Origin: an uncultured delta proteobacterium | GTDB lineage: Bacteria > Myxococcota_A > Polyangia > Fen-1088 | NCBI GenBank assembly: GCA_963796685.1 | Contig: CAWCMR010000015.1 | Coordinates: forward strand, 320,001 to 384,000 | DNA: 64,000 nucleotides | Direction of reading: 5' to 3' | Shown here: positions 42,982 to 54,215 of the stretch, one piece after another | Position numbering within the stretch: position 1 is the stretch's first letter | How the letters are laid out: each line of letters starts with the position of its first letter | Program-made: the position numbers and the translations under genes | Notes under the pieces: generated by a model | Databases searched by the model: none | What the model saw: the letters and a program-made list of their open reading frames with translations, nothing else | What the model was told of the DNA's origin: nothing

Positions 42982-43738
42982 CTATGGAGCGCAGCCAGCG
43001 ACCGCCACGTCCACGTGGCCACCGAAGTTGACCTCGGCTGACTGCACTTCCACCGACAAGGTTTTCGACTTGGCGCAGGCGTCTTTGGGAACCTGAACCT
43101 CCCACACCCGCGTTCCACCCGCCAACACATACCAGCCCTCGAGGTTCTTCTCGAACGTGCTCGCGCCCGCGCTGTTGAGAGCCTTCACGCGCACCGACTG
43201 CACCAAGAAATAGACATTGCCCGTGTTCTTGACCGTGAAGGTGAGCTTGCCCTTGGCGAGGGTCATGCCGTCCACCGCGCCCGCAGCCACCGGCTTGGCC
43301 GGGGAAACGAAGATGGGGACGCCCATCTTGGTCAGCACCTTGACCTCGGACTTGCCCGATGTCTGGGGTGCTCGCAGGGGGGCAGTCCTCGACGAAGACC
43401 CGGTAGCTTCGCTCGACGGCGCCCGCCGGTACGGTCGAACCGATGCGCAGCTTGCGCTCTTCGTTGGGCGCCAGGGTGAGGAGACCGGGATAGACCACGA
43501 TGTCCTTGGTGTCCTTGAGCTGCATCTCGCCTTGCGGGCTCTGTTTCCACTCCTGGACGAGAATCTTGAAGCGGATCTCTTCGTTGGTTTGGCTCTGCAG
43601 GGTGAGCAGGGCGCTCTGGTTCTTGCCCGAGAGCGAGACCTTGATGGGGTTGACGGTGAACGAGCTGGCGTCCGCGCTACCGGCCAGACCAACCAGACAG
43701 CCAAGCAGAAGCAGCGATGAAAGTGTGGCTTTCCTCAT
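42982..43738 (-). CDS. fimbrial periplasmic chaperone (frameshift near 43385)
   Basis: Signal peptide, V.P, ERSYRVFVE, then MGVPIFV.P and KNTGN in a second frame. Confidence 0.88.
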
Positions 43739-43788
43739 GGCAGGTCAGGATACGCTGGTTTGCCGGCTTTGGAAATTTCGCGTTTCCG

Positions 43789-44337
43789 CTAGAAGTTGAT
43801 GGTCGAGACGAGGGTGTCGTTGTAGGTGCCCGCGGTTGCTGCGAGCTGGGCCGGGGGTATGCGACCGTACATGGTCACATACACGACAGAACCCGTGCCG
43901 TTGAGGTCCGCGCCCGAGCGAAGTGTGCCGCTGTCACCAACGCCCCAAACGCTGGTGCGGCCGGTGTCTTGGTACACCTCGTAGTTGATGAGGGTGGTTG
44001 CCGAGCCCATGTTGATCATGCGCCGCTGGCTGCCCGTGTTGTGCGCCCCATTGCCGAGATCGATCGTGATCCCGGTGGTCCCCTTGGTGCATCGAATGAT
44101 GATGTCGCCGGTCTGATCGTCGGGAACGGTCGCGTGCGTATTCACAGGATCGTAGGGCGCGAAGGCAATGATCGCCGTGCCGATGGTACAGCTCGGAGAG
44201 ACCGAGGTGGAAACGTCCACGATGCTGGTTTGGCTGGCGGCGCTGGCGTTCTCCGATTTGCCGCCAAGGAAGACAAACAACAACGAAATTCCGGCGAGCA
44301 CCATTCTTGACGTTCTACGTTCCATGGGAGCAGTCAT
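43789..44337 (-). CDS. spore coat U / Csu-type fimbrial subunit
   Basis: SC.I, F..YDP, CTKG, YEVYQD, YGRIP, GTYNDT..STINF. Confidence 0.9.
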   Translation of the reverse strand: MTAPMERRTSRMVLAGISLLFVFLGGKSENASAASQTSIVDVSTSVSPSCTIGTAIIAFAPYDPVNTHATVPDDQTGDIIIRCTKGTTGITIDLGNGAHNTGSQRRMINMGSATTLINYEVYQDTGRTSVWGVGDSGTLRSGADLNGTGSVVYVTMYGRIPPAQLAATAGTYNDTLVSTINF

Positions 44338-44493
44338 TTCTCCTGGATCTTGAAGTCACTGGACGCGTGAGCTGCGTTTCCTAGCGTGCGTTTCGCAGCT
44401 CGGCCGGGCGAAGAAATCCAGGCCGGGCTGCTTCGCACGCATCAGGGATAGTCGGCGGACGTCACCTGGACGATTGCGAGAGTTGGACGGGGT

Positions 44494-45003
44494 CTAGAAA
44501 TTGACCGTCGCCGTCACGGTGTCGGTGTAAGCTCCGACCGAAACATCCTGATTGGCGCCAATCGTTGCCAGAATTGCAAAAGTCGCCCAAGCCGTGCTTT
44601 TGGGTGACGCGGGTGGGATCAGCCAGGAACCTGAGGCGTTTCCCCAGACGTCGTTGGGGGCCTTGTACAGTTCATACGAGAGATAATCGGAGCCGCTGGC
44701 GCTGGGCCCCTTCATCTGGCGAGTTCCGTTTGGACTCTTACCGAGGTCGAGTCCAATGGGAGTGACACTCCCTTTGCTGCACTTGATCTTCACGCTCCCT
44801 TCGTTGTTGTTTACGGCAGTCCCGGCGGTTGGATCGTAATCTGGGAAGGTGACCCCAACGGTATCGATTGTGCAACTGGTCTTCACATTCGCGCTCACTG
44901 CAAGATCCTTCGTTGCGGACTGAGTGTAGGTTTGTGCCATGGCCGTGCCAGACGCGAAAATGCTCAACGACGCCAAGACCGGAAACAGTTTCGTAAATTT
45001 CAT
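44494..45003 (-). CDS. spore coat U / Csu-type fimbrial subunit
   Basis: Signal peptide, VSANV..SC, CSKG, LSYELY, GAYTDTVTATVNF. Confidence 0.9.
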   Translation of the reverse strand: MKFTKLFPVLASLSIFASGTAMAQTYTQSATKDLAVSANVKTSCTIDTVGVTFPDYDPTAGTAVNNNEGSVKIKCSKGSVTPIGLDLGKSPNGTRQMKGPSASGSDYLSYELYKAPNDVWGNASGSWLIPPASPKSTAWATFAILATIGANQDVSVGAYTDTVTATVNF

Positions 45004-45085
45004 CTCTCGTCCTCTCTTTCTTTGTCCACCGTTTTGTTTTCAGCGAGCCAGGTCTTGCCTGGGGGAGATCCAATCGTTGGGGAAA

Positions 45086-45604
45086 TCAGAAGTTGACCGT
45101 GGCAACCACGGTGTCCGCGTAGGTCCCGGCGGGAACATCCTGTGCGGCAGGGATCCGGCCGTAGACCGTGAAGGTGCGCGGAGCCTTGCTGGGGGCCGAG
45201 CCTGCCGAAAATAGGGCCGTGCCGCCGTTGCCCCATACGTTTGTTCTGCCGTTGTCCTGATAGAGCTCGTACGTGAGGTAGTCCGCCGTCGCGTCCTTCA
45301 TGCGGCGGGTGGTGCCGGACGGATTTGAACCGAGACCGAGACCGATGGTGGCCGAGGTGCCCTTGGTGCACGTGACGATCACGGTGCCGACGTCGTCGTC
45401 ATTCGCGGTGGCATTCGTCACGATGGGGTCGTAGGCGCCGAAGGCGACGGGCGTCGTCGAAATCGCGCAGTTCGCACTGACGTTGGCGCTCACGTTCAGA
45501 TTCGCCGTCGAGCTGCCAGCGGAGAGCATGCGCGCGGATCCCATCACCACCGCGCTGCTCATCGCCAAGCAGAGGAAGATTCTTGCCGTTTTCAGGTTGG
45601 TCAT
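45086..45604 (-). CDS. spore coat U / Csu-type fimbrial subunit
   Basis: VSANVSANC, FGAYDP, CTKG, YGRIPAAQDVPAGTYADTVVATVNF. Confidence 0.92.
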   Translation of the reverse strand: MTNLKTARIFLCLAMSSAVVMGSARMLSAGSSTANLNVSANVSANCAISTTPVAFGAYDPIVTNATANDDDVGTVIVTCTKGTSATIGLGLGSNPSGTTRRMKDATADYLTYELYQDNGRTNVWGNGGTALFSAGSAPSKAPRTFTVYGRIPAAQDVPAGTYADTVVATVNF

Positions 45605-45721
45605 GGTTCGGCTTGCTCCGTCTTGGCGGTGGAGACTCATGTCAAAAATCCCGCGCTTGGGTTGTCATCGTGGCGGCTTGAAGCCTCAGGCCGGCCACGT
45701 ATCGCTCGCGCGCAACCTGGT

Positions 45722-45799
45722 GCCCCTCACCCGCCTCGCTGCGCTCGGCGACCTCTCCCCGCTTCGCTCCGCTATGCGGGGCGAGGTGTTTCAGGTCAG
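45722..45799 (+). repeat. partial copy (3' 78 bp) of the 130-bp repeat element
   Basis: GCCCCTCACCCGCCTCGCTGCGCTCGGCGACCTCTCCCCGC...GAGGTGTTTCAGGTCAG with 2 substitutions. Confidence 0.92.
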
Positions 45800-45828
45800 A
45801 GGCGTCGAAGAGCGAAGGGGATTTCATG

Positions 45829-45844
45829 TGCGCGAACAATGCCA
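45829..45844 (-). promoter_or_regulatory. possible sigma54 promoter of the pilus operon
   Basis: TGGCAT-TGTTC-GCGCA with correct GG/GC spacing and an AT-rich upstream region; weak -12. Confidence 0.35.
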
Positions 45845-46113
45845 AGATTCTATTTTCATAAAATGAAAGGTGCAATACATTTTTTCAAGCTAGAACAAAA
45901 GACCAATATCTTCCGTGGTCTTGCGCAGTCGGACAATGTCTTATTTTTTCTCCAAAATGCGTCGATAGCGAATTTTGTACCCTGCCTTTTCGTCGGTCTT
46001 CCGCCACCCCGAGGCGGTTTTCCGTATCGCTTTTCCGACGGCTGGGGCGCGAGCGCAGGCTCGGAATCGCTCGGTCGAAACGCGCCTCGGTCAGCCGAGG
46101 CAGGTGGCTTGCG

Positions 46114-48129
46114 CTACTTGCGCGACGGCCGATCAGGCTTCTTGCCGGGGCTGTTCTTGCTCGCGGCCTTGCTGCGTTTCTCGTCGAGATCGGCGAAGGA
46201 CTCCGCGGTGTCGACTTTGTACAGATCCGCCTCGCGCTCGAAGAAGTCCCTTTCGAGCGGCGAGAAGCTTCCGCTCTGCCGCCTCTTTTCCGTCGGCGCG
46301 ACGGCCGGCTCGCCAGGGCTCGACGCAGCCTCATGGCCCGTCGGCATGTGGGGAGCCGTGGTCAACGATGGATCGATCTGAAACGACGACGAGACACGTT
46401 CCAGCCTGCGTGAAATCTTGCCCGAGGGCGGCACCTGGATCTCGCCGGTCACGAGCGCGGCGCTCGGCTCGGTCTCGGGAACGGAGGAGGCCACGGCTGG
46501 CGTGCCAGCATTGGCCGGCTCGGAGGCCAGGGTCGCATCGAGCTGGATCGACATCCGTGCCGCTGGCATCTGTTGGCTGGTCCTGCGCGAGGGCGCGGCT
46601 TGGATTTCACCCGTGATCCGTACCACGGGGCCAGCAGCCGCCAGTTCCGACGAGGGACTTGGCGCCATGGGGCTTGGGATGGCAGGATCCGCTGTGGCCG
46701 ATTCGTGCGCCCTTGCCATGGCGATTGTCGCGGTATCCACCACGATGGAGGTTCGCTCGGGAACGGCGCGTGGATTGGAACGGGTTCGTCGCTCGCGTGG
46801 CTCGATGATCCCGCTGGCCTGCGCCCCCGTCGACGTCATCTTGTGTACCGCCGTGAACGGCGTATGGACGATGCCGGATTCGCCTGGGCCGATTCCCTGC
46901 GTTCCGGTGGCAGGCGAAGGCGCGGCCGGCGCCGGATCAGCTTCGGGCGTGCGTACGGAGGTCGTAACGATCTCCAGGGTCTTCTTGTGCGTGTGACCCA
47001 TGCCTTGGCCGGGCAAGGATTCGTTGCGAGCCTCGGGGGGGGCGCGCAGCTGCGAATCGCCTGGCTGCGGCGTTGGCGTCGTGCCACCGTCGGCGCGTGC
47101 CGGGGGCGTGTGGGGAGTCGCCGACCCCACGATGCGGGCGGTCTCCCAGAACTCCTCGATCGGCAGGCGCGCGGGCTTGGCATCCGAGTCTGGCTTGGGA
47201 TCGCGGCGCGCCAGGATCGCTAGCTCGACCAGTCTTGCCACGATTCGAATGGTGTCGAGAACACGAAAGGGGCTTTCGTCGATGATGTCCGAAAGTGTCC
47301 GCTGTCCGTCGCACAGGCGAACGACGGGCGTCACCTCTGCGGGAACAGCGTTGGCCGAGCTCTGGAGACGTTCCTCGATTCTCGAGTAGACGGTGGAGGG
47401 CGGGCCGACATCCTTCATCGCGTGGGCAAAATCACGCTGGAACCGATCGAGCTCCTCCAGGAACTCCTGGGCGGTCTGGTGCAACTGCCCGCGCCGTACG
47501 ATCGGGCGAAGATGCAATTTCAGCGCGCCATCGTTCCAGACCAGGACGTGCTGGACCGCTGCCATGCCCTGGAGTTGGTGGACCTGGGCCGCAGTCAGCT
47601 CGCCTTGATGAAACAGGATTTCGCCATGTCGGCCCTTGCGCTCGAGCTCGAGCAGGCCGGAACGCCCTAGCCCGCACAGGGTTCGAATCAGCGACAGCGT
47701 GGTCGCGGCCGTGATGGGGAGCCCGAAGGAAGGCTCATCACCCGGGTTTTGCGCCATGGACGCGCCCGCCTCGACCAGCAACTGACTCGCGGTCAGAACG
47801 TCGCGCACGAAGGCCGGCAGCGGCAGCAGATCCGCGTCACCGCTCTCTTTGAGCGTCTTGCGCAACTCCTCGGGGCCGAGAACCAGCAAGGGTAGGGTGC
47901 GGAATGCCTCCTTGCTGCGTACCTGGCGAATGAGCGAATGAGCCTTGTCGTGGTCATTGCGCGACGCGACGACGACGATCTCGGCACCCGCGGCCCTGAC
48001 CAGCAGCGATGCGGTCTCGGGTGTCGGACAGGCAGTGATTCGCCAGTCCGCGCCTTGAAACCCATAGACCAGGGCTTCGAGCCCCTTTGGATCGGCGTCG
48101 ACGATGAGCGCGGAGTGCAAGCTGGACAT
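46114..48129 (-). CDS. receiver-like plus DUF4388-like protein with disordered C-terminus
   Basis: ALIVDAD receiver-like start, GRSGLLEL..GEILF..G, long Pro/Ala/Ser tail. Confidence 0.75.
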   Translation of the reverse strand: MSSLHSALIVDADPKGLEALVYGFQGADWRITACPTPETASLLVRAAGAEIVVVASRNDHDKAHSLIRQVRSKEAFRTLPLLVLGPEELRKTLKESGDADLLPLPAFVRDVLTASQLLVEAGASMAQNPGDEPSFGLPITAATTLSLIRTLCGLGRSGLLELERKGRHGEILFHQGELTAAQVHQLQGMAAVQHVLVWNDGALKLHLRPIVRRGQLHQTAQEFLEELDRFQRDFAHAMKDVGPPSTVYSRIEERLQSSANAVPAEVTPVVRLCDGQRTLSDIIDESPFRVLDTIRIVARLVELAILARRDPKPDSDAKPARLPIEEFWETARIVGSATPHTPPARADGGTTPTPQPGDSQLRAPPEARNESLPGQGMGHTHKKTLEIVTTSVRTPEADPAPAAPSPATGTQGIGPGESGIVHTPFTAVHKMTSTGAQASGIIEPRERRTRSNPRAVPERTSIVVDTATIAMARAHESATADPAIPSPMAPSPSSELAAAGPVVRITGEIQAAPSRRTSQQMPAARMSIQLDATLASEPANAGTPAVASSVPETEPSAALVTGEIQVPPSGKISRRLERVSSSFQIDPSLTTAPHMPTGHEAASSPGEPAVAPTEKRRQSGSFSPLERDFFEREADLYKVDTAESFADLDEKRSKAASKNSPGKKPDRPSRK

Positions 48130-48327
48130 GGTGTTGGGCTGAAAGGCGGCAGCCCAAGAGCCAGTATATCGGCGACACGGATTTGCCGCACGAACGAATC
48201 GCGTTGGAAGAGGATCAATCGGTGTGATCGCCGTAACCGAACCCCGAGGCTCCGGTCGAGTTTCCAGAGTAAGGCATCCCCCGGCAAACCCGGGTGCTTT
48301 TCCCATAATCCCGCGATAGGCGCGGGA

Positions 48328-48410
48328 GGTCGTGGCCGTGGTCTTGGCCGTGGCCGTGGTCGGAGTGATCTTCGTCGGCCACGGCCACAGCCACGACTAC
48401 GACTACGACC
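48328..48410. repeat. hexamer-repeat hairpin (GTGGCC)n..(CCACGR)n
   Basis: Two arms of about 35 bp made of complementary degenerate hexamers. Confidence 0.8.
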
Positions 48411-48711
48411 ACCACTCGCCGTTCCGATTGGGTGCGAGCATCCATCGTGGAAAGGTGTCTCTTTCTGCCGCCTTCCGCGAGAGCACTGCGCTTGTCGCGG
48501 GATTAGGGCATTTCCGTCGCTGGCTCTGCAAAGGGGCCCCTTCGGCGACGGGGCACGGAGCCGGACCTGAATGCGACCAACCGAGGTCAACCCGCGCTCA
48601 GCAACGGTCGACAGATCGCTGGGCAAGTCCAGACGCTCTGCACCGGGCCCACACTTCCACTTTTTCTCGCGTTCACCTCGGTAGCGGCTCCCTGATCAAA
48701 CCTTGGACGCC

Positions 48712-48730
48712 TCCCCGGCAGAGCCGGGGA
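48712..48730 (-). terminator. hairpin downstream of tRNA-Cys
   Basis: TCCCCGGC-AGA-GCCGGGGA perfect stem 20 nt past the tRNA 3' end; no clear U tract. Confidence 0.45.
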
Positions 48731-48750
48731 ATCTGGTTAGTCTATCGTTG

Positions 48751-48822
48751 AGGTGCCGCCCGGATTTGAACCGGGGAATGAAGGTTTTGCAGACCTTTGC
48801 CTTACCACTTGGCCACGGCACC
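48751..48822 (-). tRNA. tRNA-Cys (GCA)
   Basis: GGTGCCG/CGGCACC acceptor stem, TGGTAA D-loop, AAGGT-CTGCAAA-ACCTT anticodon arm, GGTTCAAATCC T-arm; CCA not encoded. Confidence 0.97.
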
Positions 48823-49851
48823 GAGGGTGACTTCCCTTATGTAGCACATCGATCGGCTAGACGGTCAACCCGTATTGAGCGTGGTCGAAGCAAGACCTCG
48901 CCTGTCGAAATCCCGCCTGGCACGGTACGCGACAGCCTTGAGCTGGAGCGGGCGATGGAGTGGCCCGCTTTCCGTCCTCCAAGCACGCGAAGGCTGCGCC
49001 TGGTTTTGCCAGGGCCAGAGCGCGCGAGGCCGAGCGAAGCGAGCGGGGTGGTGGGTGGTGGTGGCGGGTAGGGGCCGAGGGTTTGGCGAGGCCGCGCGCA
49101 GCGCGGGGGGTGGCAAGCGGGGTGGCGGGTGCCGAGCAGGAGGGTATGGGAACCCTCCGAGGGATCCCATCACCCGCGTAGGCGAAGGCGAGCTTTGCTC
49201 GGCTCCGCCAGAGCGCGCGAGGCCGAGCGAAGCGAGCGGGGAGGAGGGTGGCGGGTAGGGGCCGAGGGTATGGGAACCCTCCCAGGAACCCTCCCAGTAC
49301 GGCCGCCGGGGCGAAGGCCCGGATCCTTCAGGCGTGAAACGTGACAGCCCCTCACCCGCCTCGCTGCGCTCGGCGACCTCTCCCCGCTTCGCTTCGCTAC
49401 GCGGGGCGAGGTGTTTCAGGTCAGGGATCCCATCACCCGCGTAGGCGAAGGCGAGCTTTGCCCGCCGGAGCCAGAGCGCGCGAGGCCGAGCGAAGCGAGC
49501 GGGGAGGAGGGTGGCGGGTAGGGGCCGAGGGTATGGGAACCCTCCCAGGAACCCTCCCAGTACCGCCGCCGGGGCGAAGGCCCGGATCCTTCAGGCGTGA
49601 AACGTGACAGCCCCTCACCCGCCTCGCTGCGCTCGGCGACCTCTCCCCGCTTCGCTTCGCTACGCGGGGCGAGGTGTTTCAGGTCAGGGATCCCATCACC
49701 CGCGTAGGCGAAGGCGAGCTTTGCCCGCCGGAGCCAGAGCGCGCGAGGCCGAGCGAAGCGAGCGGGGAGGAGGGTGGCGGGTAGGGGCCGAGGGCATGGG
49801 AACCCTCCCAGTACCGCCGCCGGGGCGAAGGCCCGGATCCTTCAGGCGTGA

Positions 49852-51096
<1,245 letters not shown>

Positions 51097-51098
51097 CC

Positions 51099-51104
51099 TT
51101 GACT
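51099..51104 (+). promoter_or_regulatory. -35 box of the circle-junction promoter
   Basis: TTGACT; joining right end to left end places TATCTT (49869-49874) exactly 17 bp downstream. Confidence 0.8.
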
Positions 51105-51781
51105 AGGAACACAGATGCTCACCCGCCTCGCTGCGCTCGGCGACCTCTCCCCGCTTCGCTTCGCTATGCGGGGCGAGGTGTTTCAGGTCAGGGATCCCAT
51201 CACCCGCGTTGGCGTAGGCGAGCTTTGCTCGCCGGAGCCAGAGCGCGCGAGGCCGAGCGAAGCGAGCGGGGAGGAGGGTGGCGGGTAGGGGCCGAGGGTA
51301 TGGGAACCCTCCCAGTACGGCCGCCGGGGCGAAGGCCCGGATCCTTCAGGCGTGAAACGTGACAGCCCCTCACCCGCCTCGCTGCGCTCGGCGACCTCTC
51401 CCCGCTTCGCTTCGCTACGCGGGGCGAGGTGTTTCAGGTCAGGGATCCCATCACCCGCGTTGGCGTAGGCGAGCTTTGCTCGCCGGAGCCAGAGCGCGCG
51501 AGGCCGAGCGAAGCGAGCGGGGAGGAGGGTGGCGGGTAGGGGCCGAGGGTATGGGAACCCTCCCAGTACGGCCGCCGGGGCGAAGGCCCGGATCCTTCAG
51601 GCGTGAAACGTGACAGCCCCTCACCCGCCTCGCTGCGCTCGGCGACCTCTCCCCGCTTCGCTTCGCTACGCGGGGCGAGGTGTTTCAGGTCAGGGATCCC
51701 ATCACCCGCGTTGGCGTAGGCGAGCTTTGCTCGCCGGAGCCAGAGCGCGGGAGGGTATGGGAACCCTCCCAGGGTTCCCAT

Positions 51782-54165
51782 CTAGATCGTCTCGTTCCTG
51801 TCATCTGTCTCTGGGCGCACCGGGGCGCCGGTTCGCAGGTAGCGCGAGGCCATCTCGAATTCGAAGAACGAGATCATTTTGGTCTCCACGACCTTGCCCC
51901 ACAGGGCGTGGGCTTCTTCGCGCTGCCCGTTCGACAGTCGCCGCATGGCCTCGTAGAAATACGCCTCGGCGCGCTTGCCACGGGTGTCGGCCTTGGCAAG
52001 CAGGTTGGCATCGTCGATCTGGCCGATCGCGTATCGGGCAAGCTCGGTGTACCAGGGGGCGGCGCGCGATGGGCGTAGCAGGATCTTCCGGCCGGCGATG
52101 GTGCGCAGGTAGGCCATCGCGCCCGCGTCGGGAACGTTGGAGCTGCGCCGGGTGAGATCGAGAATCCACAGCGAGGCGTAGACTTTCACGTACTCGGACA
52201 CCGCCCGCGTGGACTTGGCGAGGGCACGACGGTAGATGTCGAGGGCGGCCTCGCTTTCTCCCCGCTGCACCAAGAAGGCGATAGCGTCGAGGTAGCTTTG
52301 ATCGCGATCCTCGTCCTGTGCGATGGCTTCGTCGAGCTTGCGCAGTCCTTCTTCGCGGCGACCTAGCAGGTAGTACAGCCGACCAACTTCGAAGGTGGCC
52401 TCGGCGGAATAGGAAAGATTCTTGCGCCGCATCTGTTCCATCATCAGCCGTTCCCAGCCGCGTGCGGAAACGCTCCAGGCCTTGCGCGCGTCATCCATGT
52501 CGGCCGTGATCTCGTAGGCATTGCCAAGCAGGTAGGACAATTTGGCCTGACCCTCGACGTACGGGATGGTGTCCTCGGCCGGCGCGTTGCGCTCGCGGGA
52601 ATCCAGGGATTGGCGCAAGAGCACGATGGCCTTCCGGGGTTCGCCGCGCTTGATGAACAAGCTGGCCAGTTGCCGGGTGATGTCCACGCTCGCATCGCCG
52701 CGGCGAGCTCGCGACAGCAGCGGGGCGGCTTTGTCGATTTGTCCGGCGTCGACCATGCCGCCGGCCAGGACGTAGTCGATATCGGAATCGTCGAGCTTGA
52801 AATGGGCCGCTCCGTACCGGCCGCGCGCTTCGGCGAACTCGGTGCGCAGACGTTCGGCTTCGCGCTCGGACTCGGCAATGCGATCCGGATCCATGTGCAT
52901 CTTGAGGCGCAGGAAGGCCAGCTCCATGCGTTCCTCGGCGAGCTCCGCGAGCAAGTCCGGGTCGGCTTTGCGCGAGGCTGCTGCCGCCGCTGCCTCGTCG
53001 AGGTAGCGCAGCGACAGCAGCGGCGCAGAAATCATGCGCGCGACCCGTGAGGCCAGGAGCAGAAGGTCGGGATCGTTGGCGTAGACCGCGAGCCCCTCGC
53101 GCAGAACTCCCATGGCCGTCTGGGGGTCGATGCGATCCGTGGAGGTTCCGTGCAGCATCTCGTTGCGCGGCAGAAATCGTCGGGCCAGTGCCAGGTAGTC
53201 GGCAGCCTTGGCGCGGGGCGAGGCCACCGCGAGGGTGAGCTGACGGAGCTTCCGGGTCGTCGCCGGGCTTGTCCGCGAAGTGCTCGGCCGCCTGATTGGC
53301 CTTGGCCAACTGCCCGCAGCGCAGGTAGATGGCCGCCGCGGATACCGACATGGCCGAAAGGGATTCGGTGTCGAGAAGCAGCTCGCTGAGCAGGCCGCGT
53401 GGTCCTTCGCCGGAGCCGATGGGCCGCCTCAGGAACCCGGCCACCTTGTCCTGGTGGGCGAACACGAGGCGAGCCAATCGATCCACCACATCGGGCGCTG
53501 GCCAGACCGCCGCGACGCTCTCGAGAACGTCGGTCGTCGAGGCCAATCGGCGAGGCTGCCCGCCTCCGAGCTGCGCCCCGGAATCGAGCCAGGAGAAGAG
53601 CTGCTCGAGGCGGGATGGCCATTCGCGATTGGCACCGTCCGTCGATTGCAGGACGAACAGCGACGTGGCCACGGGAAGCTCGTTGCCGCGTGGGGAATAG
53701 GCGGCCAGGACGAGCTTCGCCGACTTTTGCAAGAGCTGTCGTTCTCGTTCGGAGAGTCGCGGCCCACCCGCCGCCCACAAGGCGCTCGGCGGAAACAGAA
53801 TCGAGCGCATCCCGAAACGAGTCCTGCAAGCGATCGAAATCGTCTTCGCCACCCAGCAACGAAGGGTCACGCCGCAACTGTTCCGCATCGAGCGCCGCGA
53901 TGGGGGCGAGCAGGTAGTCGAGAAGCCTGCCGCGCAGGCGGGCGCGCTCGAGCGTGTTCTCCGGAAGCGCCTGGTAGAGCAGCCTGGCCTCGAAAAAGTC
54001 TTCTTCGCAGGTGATGGCACCGAGGGTGTCGGCTTCGTTCGCGAGCGCTCGCGAGGTCGGGCTGAGGTCGGCGGGTTTTCCGGTGGTGCCGTGGGCGCAG
54101 CCAAGCAGACCGGCAAGGCCGAGGGAAACGATCAGGCAAGGCCTGCGTGGCAATTGGGTCGACAT
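51782..54165 (-). CDS. large TPR-like lipoprotein (frameshifts near 53800 and 53250)
   Basis: Lipobox LLGC, helical TPR-like repeats, stitched from three overlapping ORFs. Confidence 0.7.
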
Positions 54166-54215
54166 GGCCGAAGTCTAGCGCGGAGAGGTTCCCGCGCGCT
54201 ATAAAGCGGTGCTCA

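Noticed and set aside
48555-48575. SRP RNA (CAGGTCCGG on the minus strand)
   Set aside because: The following GGAAG/AGCAG helix-8 motif is absent
48751-48822. tRNA-Cys as the attachment site of a genomic island
   Set aside because: No integrase and no duplicated tRNA 3' end seen in the window
49334-49420. Integron attC sites (TGAAAC..GTTTCA inverted pair)
   Set aside because: Does not fit RYYYAAC/GTTRRRY, no cassette ORFs between units, no integrase
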